A stretch of DNA of 64,000 nt from an uncultured Bdellovibrio sp. GTDB taxonomy: Bacteria > Bdellovibrionota > Bdellovibrionia > Bdellovibrionales > Bdellovibrionaceae. The DNA lies in assembly GCA_963932905.1 (NCBI GenBank), contig CAWVRN010000018.1, forward strand, positions 1 through 64,000. Reading direction: 5' to 3'. The notes beneath the pieces are model-generated. The model was not told where the DNA came from, did no database searches, and was given only the letters and a program-made list of their open reading frames with translations. A program made the position numbers and the translations under genes. Shown one piece after another: positions 39,712 through 47,616 of the stretch (position 1 is the first letter of the stretch; every line of letters begins with the position of its first letter).

Positions 39712-40517
39712 TGAGACAGTTCTTCAAGAGAAACTTAGCTTTTGCCAAACTGGGTATCCAAACAAACTTGGAATACCGATTCAACTTCTTAATCGATGCG
39801 GTTGTCCAACCAGCGATGACGGGATCTATAGAAATATTTCTATGGTTGGCACTGTTCGCTGCTGTTAAAACTGATACATTGAATGGTTTTTCAAAAGAAA
39901 GCTATCTAGCGTATGTGATTTGGTCGTCCTTCATTGGACGTGTAGCGATCAGCTGGATGTATGAACACCTAATGATGGAAGAAATTGAAACCGGCAGTAT
40001 AAATGCCATCATTTTGCGACCAATGACATTCTTTGAATACTATTTAAGCCAGCTATTAGGCTACAAATTTATAATTTATTTCTGTTCGATGCTTGTTCCC
40101 TTATGTGTGACGCTCTATTTTAATTTGCCTACGGACTTGAGTCGATTTCCACTTATTACACTCTTGGTTTTTTATTATTTGATTTTCGTTCACGCGATGA
40201 GTTTTTTAACTGCCTGCTTTGCTTTTTTTCTAAACCGCGTACGATCCTTTACAATTGTAAAAAACTTTACGATTTACATTATGTCGGGGGAATTGTTTCC
40301 GCTAGATTTGCTGCCTGAGTTTTGGAAAAACCTATTTTTAAAACTGCCATTTTCATCAGGCGTTTATATTCCGGTCGGTTACGTCACCGGACGGTTAGGC
40401 ACCGACATGGTTATGCAAGGATTCATCAATACGACTATTGGTTTAGTTGTTGTACTGTCCATTTCGTATTTTGTTTGGAGAAAAGGGTTAGGGAGCTACA
40501 GTGGCACAGGTGCTTAG
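39711..40517 (+). CDS. ABC-2 family permease
   Basis: EYRFNF, six hydrophobic segments, SGELFPLDLLP, LPF. Confidence 0.88.
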   Translation: MRQFFKRNLAFAKLGIQTNLEYRFNFLIDAVVQPAMTGSIEIFLWLALFAAVKTDTLNGFSKESYLAYVIWSSFIGRVAISWMYEHLMMEEIETGSINAIILRPMTFFEYYLSQLLGYKFIIYFCSMLVPLCVTLYFNLPTDLSRFPLITLLVFYYLIFVHAMSFLTACFAFFLNRVRSFTIVKNFTIYIMSGELFPLDLLPEFWKNLFLKLPFSSGVYIPVGYVTGRLGTDMVMQGFINTTIGLVVVLSISYFVWRKGLGSYSGTGA

Positions 40518-41298
40518 AAAGTACTTCCGATTGTTTTCGATTTTGTTGAAAACAAGTTTCATAGCCGATCTTGAATTCCGTGTGAATTTCACGCTGCGTA
40601 TTTTCACGGACATCATGTGGTACATGATGCAGGCCTTGTCGTTTGAGGTGTTATTTAACTACACACCTCACATTGGTGACTGGGATAGACTGCAAATGCG
40701 GGTGTTCCTGGGAGTTCTATTTGTTGTGGATTCACTGTATATGATCTTTGTTCAAGATAATGCTGATCGATTTGCCGACAAGGTCCGCAAAGGTGAACTT
40801 GATTTCATATTAGCTAAACCCGTTTCTTCGCAGTTCTTAGTTAGTTTCCAAAAGGTTGCAACAGCCAGTTTTGGAAATTTACTGATTGCCGTCGGATTTC
40901 TTGTGTATGCTTTAATGTCTATCGAAGATTTCAATTGGTACCGTCTGTTTTGGTTCTTCCTAATACTGCCTTCAAGTTTCATCGTCGTCTACACCTCACG
41001 CTTTTTCTTTACGTGCTTGAATTTGATCTTTGTAAAATCAGAATCGGTGCAGTTCTTATGGTACAACTGCTACAAATTAGGAATGCGTCCTGATTCTATT
41101 TATTTCCCATTTATGAAGTTAATTCTATTGACGGTGTTCCCAATGGCTTTTGTTGCCAGCGTCCCCGCGCGAATGCTGCTAGAACCACCGAATGCGCTTT
41201 TGATTGTATGGAGCTTAGTTATTGGACCACTATTTCTGTATATATCGAATAAGTTTTGGAACTATTGTCTGCGATATTATGCGAGTGCGAGTAGCTAG
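40501..41298 (+). CDS. ABC-2 family permease
   Basis: EFRVNF, GELDFILAKPVS, PDSIY, ends YASASS. Confidence 0.88.
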   Translation: MAQVLRKYFRLFSILLKTSFIADLEFRVNFTLRIFTDIMWYMMQALSFEVLFNYTPHIGDWDRLQMRVFLGVLFVVDSLYMIFVQDNADRFADKVRKGELDFILAKPVSSQFLVSFQKVATASFGNLLIAVGFLVYALMSIEDFNWYRLFWFFLILPSSFIVVYTSRFFFTCLNLIFVKSESVQFLWYNCYKLGMRPDSIYFPFMKLILLTVFPMAFVASVPARMLLEPPNALLIVWSLVIGPLFLYISNKFWNYCLRYYASASS

Positions 41299-41318
41299 AT
41301 TTCTCTAATAAAATTCAC

Positions 41319-41349
41319 AAAAAAAGCCGCATTTTCATGCGGCCTTTTT
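41319..41349. terminator. Bidirectional intrinsic terminator
   Basis: A-run, GCCGCAT-TTTC-ATGCGGC, then CTTTTT, between convergent genes. Confidence 0.85.
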
Positions 41350-41377
41350 CGTTGATTTGTAGTTGTCACCTATAGGA

Positions 41378-42076
41378 CTAGTAACGTTCCAATTCAAACA
41401 CGATGTTGTAGATGTAGGCTGCACCCGATACGCTGATACGTAAATCAGATGAATTATAACCTACATAGTAACCGTATGAACCTGGATACAAGTAAACATC
41501 AGATCCTGATGTGTATTTTGCATCTAACAACTGACCGTTAGCAATCAATGTCACTGTTGCTGCTGAATCACCAGATACATCCACGCGGATATTTTTCAAA
41601 CGGTAACCAGAGTATCTATAACCTAGTAAACTATTTACGTAGAAGTTCTCGTTGTATACCCAACGATTTACGTACGAAGTTTTGTATTGGGTGTAATTTG
41701 GATAGCCTGGAGTTGGATAACTTGGGTAACCCGGACTTGGATACACTGGGCCTGGATAAGGAACAGGAATTGGGATTGGTATCGGACGAGGTGTTGGACG
41801 CGGAGTCGGTCTTGGAATTGGGCGTGGATCTGGTTGCGGTCGCGGAGACGGAACTGGAGTTGGTGTCGGTCGCGGGATCGGTCGCGGAGTTGGCGTTGGA
41901 GTCGGTCTAACGGGCTGTGGATTCCCCGGACGTGGCACAACGGCCGTTGCTTTGTTTGAGTCACCGCCTGGCACCACATAACCATAGGCAGTTTGGACAT
42001 TTAGTAATGATACTGTCATGATAGCGACAGTCGATACTAATGTCAGTTTAGTTGTTACCGTTTTAGTGTTGAACAT
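41378..42076 (-). CDS. Secreted Pro-rich protein with a C-terminal beta-sandwich-like domain
   Basis: Signal peptide, long (P-x)n linker, Tyr-rich beta C-terminal domain (GYRLKNIRVDV, LRISVSGAAYI). Confidence 0.75.
   Translation of the reverse strand: MFNTKTVTTKLTLVSTVAIMTVSLLNVQTAYGYVVPGGDSNKATAVVPRPGNPQPVRPTPTPTPRPIPRPTPTPVPSPRPQPDPRPIPRPTPRPTPRPIPIPIPVPYPGPVYPSPGYPSYPTPGYPNYTQYKTSYVNRWVYNENFYVNSLLGYRYSGYRLKNIRVDVSGDSAATVTLIANGQLLDAKYTSGSDVYLYPGSYGYYVGYNSSDLRISVSGAAYIYNIVFELERY
41705..41935 (-). repeat. Low-complexity Pro-x coding repeat (PRPTPTPRPIP..., PGYP)
   Basis: GC-rich imperfect tandem repeats within the 41378-42076 CDS. Confidence 0.7.
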
Positions 42077-42143
42077 GATTCCCCCATTTTTGGTTCGTTT
42101 TTACTAAAAAATTTGTACTAAGAGCCATTCACAATACTTCAAA

Positions 42144-42159
42144 AGCAAACATCATACCG
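42144..42159 (-). promoter_or_regulatory. Candidate sigma-54 (-24/-12) promoter for the Pro-rich secreted protein
   Basis: Minus strand CGGTATGATGTTTGCT, GG-N10-GC with TTGC, about 70 bp before the start. Confidence 0.5.
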
Positions 42160-42271
42160 CATACTTAGAGTCATTTTGCCACCCAAAAACTGCGTGGCGA
42201 AAAACACAATTGGCCAAACTTTTTCCTAAAAAAACTGTGTCCAATTTCAAAAGAATTGTCACCTAATTACC

Positions 42272-42288
42272 TGTCAAAATGAGTGACA
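42272..42288. promoter_or_regulatory. TGTC-N9-GACA palindromic site, possible enhancer
   Basis: TGTCAAAATGAGTGACA; shares TTACCTGTCAAAA with the site upstream of the UDPGP gene. Confidence 0.45.
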
Positions 42289-42326
42289 TAGGCTTTTTCT
42301 AAAAAACCAATTAGTCTGCCGGGCTT

Positions 42327-43739
42327 ATGAAAAGATCTGCGTTGTTTTTGTTTTCGATTGTCATTTCTAGATCTTGGTCAATACTTGCTGAACCAACAAT
42401 CACCTGCCCAACAGATAAAAGTGGCAAATCATTAACCGATTGGCGTACCGCTGCAATTCAAAAGTTAGTAACTAGCAATGCTTCGTTTACTCCGTTCACT
42501 GAAGTTCAAAGTGATTTGAAAGAATGCTTTGGCGAAAAAGTTCCCAGTTGTATGAGCGATTTGAAATACTATGCTCATTATAAACCAAATCCAATTTCGT
42601 CGTATAACGTGGATGAAATCTATAATAAATCAATGGAACTGCAGTCCGAAAATTTCCTTCCAAAAGAACTCACCGTTTCAAATGTTGTTGGTGAAGTCAT
42701 AAAGGGGTACGTAAAAATCCCAGCAAATTTTCATGAACTTGCCAAAGAAAAAAACTGGCTAACAACATCCTACAAAACTCGCGAGCTAGGCGGCTTTGAT
42801 AGTTCGAACAATTTATTTATTATGGTTTTTCCATCTGAAAAACGCGACACCGTTTTACAATTAAGTGTGGCTAAAGATGCGAACCCGTTTGCTTCAGCTT
42901 TTGATCCAGTGATTCGTCCACATAACGGGAATATGACTCAAGGATTTGATATTTTAACGATGATCACGGTGGATAAAACAAAAAACCCTCCGGTCGCGCA
43001 ACTTAGAATTCTTCAAAAAGATCCCACTCAAGAAAACACATATTTTTGGAATCCTGCAACTACGAACACGTCAGGTGCCCGAGCGTGCATTAGCTGTCAT
43101 GCCTCTCCATTCCGCGCGATCAGCCCAGTGGGCTATAAATTTACGAATCATATCAAAACAGATTTTTTCAATGGCGAAGAAAAACCGATGGATGCCGAAC
43201 AAAAGGCTATGACTGATAAAATTAACGAAATTATGAATCGCCCCGGAGTTTCTTGGGGGTCCACTGAAAAAGATGGACGTGAAATTCGTTTCGGACAAGA
43301 CATCGATAGCCAACCATGGGGTTGGGCTCCACCCGACTCACCCACACGTAAAAAAGAATTCATCGAACAGTGCGCTTCGGAACGACAAGCCATCATAGGA
43401 TCATCTCGTGCTGGCGGTCACTATCGCGTGGAACTAAATCCAGATATTAATGCACCGATCAGCTGGGAAAAAATATCCAAAGCCATGAACTGCGTGTCCT
43501 GCCACAACGGCAAAAATCGTGGTGTGATCCATAATGAATTCTCGCCGAGTACAGTGGCATTCAAGATCGCCATCACTCGGGAAATGCCAGAATCTGACGA
43601 CCCAGAAAATCCACTTCCACCTGACTTAAATGCGGATGAACGAATGGCCCTTGTTTGGTGCTTGAAAAAAGAGCGCACCCAAGTCGCCCAAGCCTGGAAA
43701 GAAAGCGGCTGGTGGATGCAACGTAGCAAATGTAAGTAA
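42327..43739 (+). CDS. Secreted protein with two CxxCH motifs, putative diheme c-type cytochrome
   Basis: Signal peptide; CISCH and CVSCH; candidate distal ligand in REMP. Confidence 0.7.
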   Translation: MKRSALFLFSIVISRSWSILAEPTITCPTDKSGKSLTDWRTAAIQKLVTSNASFTPFTEVQSDLKECFGEKVPSCMSDLKYYAHYKPNPISSYNVDEIYNKSMELQSENFLPKELTVSNVVGEVIKGYVKIPANFHELAKEKNWLTTSYKTRELGGFDSSNNLFIMVFPSEKRDTVLQLSVAKDANPFASAFDPVIRPHNGNMTQGFDILTMITVDKTKNPPVAQLRILQKDPTQENTYFWNPATTNTSGARACISCHASPFRAISPVGYKFTNHIKTDFFNGEEKPMDAEQKAMTDKINEIMNRPGVSWGSTEKDGREIRFGQDIDSQPWGWAPPDSPTRKKEFIEQCASERQAIIGSSRAGGHYRVELNPDINAPISWEKISKAMNCVSCHNGKNRGVIHNEFSPSTVAFKIAITREMPESDDPENPLPPDLNADERMALVWCLKKERTQVAQAWKESGWWMQRSKCK

Positions 43740-43748
43740 AGGGAAGTT

Positions 43749-44102
43749 GGTTTTGCTATAAGCCGGATTCTGTCTTGGTTATAGGTCCCTTAAACCTACT
43801 TCCATGTATGACTATTTATCTGGGAGAAATGTCACCATTTCCCTCGAGCGATCTTACCCGGGAGCTCGTTAGAACCGAACTTAGCGCTCCCCTATTTGAT
43901 CTTGCTTCGTGCAGAGTTTAGCTGTTTTCACTCCAGCAGCTCCCTAAAAGACTCCCGTTCCCGTCAATTAGATCAAAGCTCTGGACATTCTCTCTGTTCC
44001 ACTGTTCCTCGCCTTACGACGGAAGGGCGTTACCCTTTGCACTGTTCAATGAAGTCCGGACTTTCCTCCCTGCCTCACGACAGAGCAATCATCCGCAAAA
44101 CC
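43749..44102 (-). ncRNA. rnpB: RNase P RNA
   Basis: Minus strand has GAGGAAAGTCCGG near the 5' end and ACAGAATCCGGCTTA at the 3' end; P1 GGTTTTGC/GCAAAACC. Confidence 0.96.
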
Positions 44103-44108
44103 TTGTTT

Positions 44109-44137
44109 TATCTACCATAAACCATTGGATTTTTCAA
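44109..44137 (-). promoter_or_regulatory. Sigma-70 promoter of rnpB
   Basis: TTGAAA-N17-TAGATA with TG extension, placing +1 near 44102. Confidence 0.55.
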
Positions 44138-44184
44138 ATTCCTTATGGGATAAGAAATTATTACTATTTTTCGGGGGATTTAAC

Positions 44185-44667
44185 ATGAAATTCAATTACG
44201 TAATCGCATTCGTTATCACTGCGACTCTATCTTTCTCAACTAGCTTTGCCAACGAAAACGCTCAAGCTAAGACATCCGCTCACGAAGCCGTTGCCGCTGC
44301 ACACGGTTCGGAAGAACACGCTGCGGGTAAATTGTTTCCTCAACCTAAACAAAACAAATCAAAGTCAACACCTCCAGGTAAAACTGAATTAATCGAACCA
44401 GCGTTCATGGCGCAAGTGGCCGGTTCTACCGTGACCCTAAAATGGAATGCAGTTGATACAGCAGAAAACTATCACTTACAAGTAGCTACAGATCCAAATT
44501 TCAAATGGTTAAAAGTGAACGAAAACTTTGTTAAACGTCCAAGCTACGATCTAAGCGGTCTTGAAGCCGGTCAAAAATACTACTGGAGAGTCGCAGCAGT
44601 TAAAAACTCGAACGATCCAATGTACATCAAAGGTCCTTTCGAAGTTTCTAGTTTTGAAACTAAGTAA
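44185..44667 (+). CDS. Secreted fibronectin type III domain protein
   Basis: Signal peptide; VTLKWNAV, YHLQVATDPNF, LEAGQKYYWRV; start moved to 44185. Confidence 0.85.
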   Translation: MKFNYVIAFVITATLSFSTSFANENAQAKTSAHEAVAAAHGSEEHAAGKLFPQPKQNKSKSTPPGKTELIEPAFMAQVAGSTVTLKWNAVDTAENYHLQVATDPNFKWLKVNENFVKRPSYDLSGLEAGQKYYWRVAAVKNSNDPMYIKGPFEVSSFETK

Positions 44668-44679
44668 TAGGAGTTTCCT

Positions 44680-45324
44680 TTGAATCACGATTACGTTCTA
44701 AAACAACTCTCTTGGCGCTATGCTGTTAAAAAATTTGATTCTTCAAAAAAGATCAGCGCCAAGGATTGGGAAATTTTAGAAGAATCGTTAAGACTCTCGC
44801 CCTCTTCCTACGGTCTGCAACCATGGAAATTTATCGTCGTTCAAAACCGCGATATTCTGAAACAACTGACCTCGTTATCTTGGGGTCAGTCACAAATCGA
44901 AGATTGCTCGCACTACGTTGTTATCACTTCCAAAATTAAATTAGATGAAGAGCTGATCACAAAACACGTAAATAAAACGGCTGAAGTTCGTGGCATGGAC
45001 CCCAAACTTCTAGAGGGTTATAAGCGAGTCATGGTCGGCGATTTAATCAATGGTCCTCGTGGTGAGACGATATATCACTGGGCTCAACGTCAAGCTTACA
45101 TCGCGATGGGTTTCATCATGGAAACCGCTGCTGTATTAGAAATCGATACTTGTCCATTAGAAGGCCTTGATCCTAAAGGGTATGATAAAGTACTGGGTCT
45201 TGAAAACACAGGCTATGGCACCGTTGCGGGCGTTGCTTGTGGGTATCGCCATGCAGATGATAAATACCAGCACATCAAGAAAGTACGTTTCGACAAAGCC
45301 GACGTTATTTCTTATATCAAATAA
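44680..45324 (+). CDS. NAD(P)H-dependent nitroreductase (NfsB-like)
   Basis: WRYAVKKFD, LSPSSYGLQPWKF, IDTCPLEG, KVRF; TTG start with AGGAG. Confidence 0.92.
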   Translation: MNHDYVLKQLSWRYAVKKFDSSKKISAKDWEILEESLRLSPSSYGLQPWKFIVVQNRDILKQLTSLSWGQSQIEDCSHYVVITSKIKLDEELITKHVNKTAEVRGMDPKLLEGYKRVMVGDLINGPRGETIYHWAQRQAYIAMGFIMETAAVLEIDTCPLEGLDPKGYDKVLGLENTGYGTVAGVACGYRHADDKYQHIKKVRFDKADVISYIK

Positions 45325-47616
45325 CTATTTCTGAATTTTCAATTTATAGAACGTTTCGATGATCTGATCGAAATTAAAACCTTGGATGGCTAACTGGTTC
45401 GCAGCCATTAAATCCATGCCTCGTTCGTGGCCCTCGCCTCTTCCTATGAATTGTGCCTGATCGGAACCAATGGCAGTGATTGAATCGGGGCATGACTTTA
45501 ATTTGAAATAGGTTCTTAATTTTTCACACGGCATGGGAATTTTCATTCCCGAAATTTCAAAAGTAAATTTATCGCCGGTTTTGGTTCCTGAAAATTCCTC
45601 GGACACGGGCCTGTTCAGATAGCCGAATAGTTTTTGAATACTGACTGGTTCAGTCCATTCATCAGTGCCACCTAAAGAAAACTCGAGCCACGTTTTTGCT
45701 CCCAAATGGGATGAACCAATTTCAAGAATCAAATCATCGACCGACTTTTTCTGTGCCGCTGTTACCTGTTCGTAATTTAAATTAAAAGTCTGGCAGATGG
45801 TCGTATCGCAAATGGGCTGTTTTTTTGCGTTCCAAAAAGCCAAGTTGTTTTTAAAAACTAGCAACATGGCTTTTTTTAATTCTTGCCGAAAGCTACCAAC
45901 TTCCGAGAAAAATACGCTTCTTAAATAATGCCACTCACTGGTGTTTAAAACGATTTCCGATCCCAGGCGAGCGCGCGCATTTTTCTCACTAGGAGCTTCA
46001 TCCAAAACCGCCATCGGTGAATTTTTTTGAAATGTTAAGTCACCGTAGAGCTTTCTCGGTACTTGATCCTTTGCATGAACATCAAATGGGGCACCGGCGC
46101 AAGCTAGGCGAGTCTTCATGCCGGGCATTTTTTGAAAATCCAAATTTTCGATATTTGAAATAGGAATCCCATTTCTTAAAACGAGTGTGGGACAAGTCAC
46201 CCTAATGGCGTTCATCGGGAATCGCGATAACACTTGGACTCTAGCACGCGAATCTGGGTGAATTACATATTTTTCGATTTTACTTTTTAATTCTGCGAGT
46301 AAATCCGACGGACGATGTCCGGCACGATACAAAATCGCTATCTTCGCCGCCAATTCGGTATTAAACACAGCAGCCAAAAAACCCTTTTCAATCGATAAAT
46401 CCAACTGAGTGGTTGTTCCCGATTTCAAAGAAACTCCATGCTGCACAAACCAGGATGCGTCTTTAGATTCTGACACCGTTCCCGCCACTGGAGTTTGCTT
46501 TAACACCGCAATCGTACTTGGTTTAGTTTCCAGAATGTAATCGAAAATTTTTGCTAGATCCAGCAAATCCAATTTAATTGTTGGCCACAAACCTATGGCA
46601 TCCGCCATATTCAACCATTCGGGTTGGTAAGACGAATTCGTCAGGGTATTTAAAGTTTGAGTATAATTGAGCATTTCATCTGGCTTTACTTTGCTATCTA
46701 AGAAAAATCCATTGCAGGAAAAATTAAGCGCCCGCTTGTAGTTCCATTTTGTCCGCACTGTCTTTCCACATTCCCATTCAATCGTTTTTCTTGGGCTCTT
46801 TTCCATGGCTAAATCTTTAAAAAACGAAACGGCCAGAGGCTTTAGGGTTGATCCTACTGTTTGCTTCTTCTGCCAATTACCTTCGCCAAAGATCACTTCA
46901 TTCGCTAAGCTATCAAAAACTAAAAATCCGTAATCATTTGTATCGCTAGTATTGACCTGATTTCCCTGAATTCGATTGATAAATTCCGCCGCCAGCGTCG
47001 ACTGTTTTTTTAGAAACACGGGATCTTGGCATTGTTTGAAGATATCGCTAAACCAATTTTTTAACTCAGACTCCTGATCCTTTTTTACCAGCTCGTTAAC
47101 CAGACGAGCTACAGAGATAGCCTTGCTATTATTAAATGGTGAACTCTGTTTTAGCTCGCGAAAGGCGTCAGCTTTAGCAAATAGTTGATTCTGTCCGTAT
47201 AGCAATCTCAAATAGTCATCGCTACGCCAATAAGCAAATAGTTCCTGAACAAATGAGTCCGTTAAAGCAGGGCAATAGCGATTAAAAAATACGTGCGCAA
47301 TTTCGTGCTTCAACGTTACTCCGATATCTTTCTGAACCGTGTAGACGTTAAAATTAATTCGATTTTGGCGTGTCTGCGCTATGTGGTCAGCTGAAATCAA
47401 AGAGAAATCGATTTCTAATTCGTGGTCCGCGGGAACCATTTTCCAATACTGTTCCTCTGTAAACCAGAAATCATTTGCGGTCTTTTCTAAAGACGATTTT
47501 AAGATCGCCTTGTCCGCCGCTATATCACTAGCAAAGCGGACTTTGAGTTCAGCGTTACTGTTTAGATTCCACAGTAAACATGTTAGAGCGAGTGTAAGAA
47601 GCCTTTGTTTCATCAT
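45325..47616 (-). CDS. YfaQ/MagE-like exported protein: HExxH domain + PBP-like domain + SpoIID/LytB domain
   Basis: Signal peptide from MMKQRLL; HEIAH; GSTLK, SCN, KSGT; YLRSVFFSE, CDTTICQ, GEGHERGM; follows the A2M gene. Confidence 0.78.
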   Translation of the reverse strand: MMKQRLLTLALTCLLWNLNSNAELKVRFASDIAADKAILKSSLEKTANDFWFTEEQYWKMVPADHELEIDFSLISADHIAQTRQNRINFNVYTVQKDIGVTLKHEIAHVFFNRYCPALTDSFVQELFAYWRSDDYLRLLYGQNQLFAKADAFRELKQSSPFNNSKAISVARLVNELVKKDQESELKNWFSDIFKQCQDPVFLKKQSTLAAEFINRIQGNQVNTSDTNDYGFLVFDSLANEVIFGEGNWQKKQTVGSTLKPLAVSFFKDLAMEKSPRKTIEWECGKTVRTKWNYKRALNFSCNGFFLDSKVKPDEMLNYTQTLNTLTNSSYQPEWLNMADAIGLWPTIKLDLLDLAKIFDYILETKPSTIAVLKQTPVAGTVSESKDASWFVQHGVSLKSGTTTQLDLSIEKGFLAAVFNTELAAKIAILYRAGHRPSDLLAELKSKIEKYVIHPDSRARVQVLSRFPMNAIRVTCPTLVLRNGIPISNIENLDFQKMPGMKTRLACAGAPFDVHAKDQVPRKLYGDLTFQKNSPMAVLDEAPSEKNARARLGSEIVLNTSEWHYLRSVFFSEVGSFRQELKKAMLLVFKNNLAFWNAKKQPICDTTICQTFNLNYEQVTAAQKKSVDDLILEIGSSHLGAKTWLEFSLGGTDEWTEPVSIQKLFGYLNRPVSEEFSGTKTGDKFTFEISGMKIPMPCEKLRTYFKLKSCPDSITAIGSDQAQFIGRGEGHERGMDLMAANQLAIQGFNFDQIIETFYKLKIQK

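Noticed and set aside
41548..42000. Three alternative-frame ORFs with RW/RQ/LV repeats
   Set aside because: Artefacts of the Pro-x repeat in the real 41378-42076 gene; also not a CRISPR array, as there are no fixed repeats with unique spacers
43896..44120. 74-aa plus-strand ORF
   Set aside because: It is antisense to the RNase P RNA; a shadow ORF
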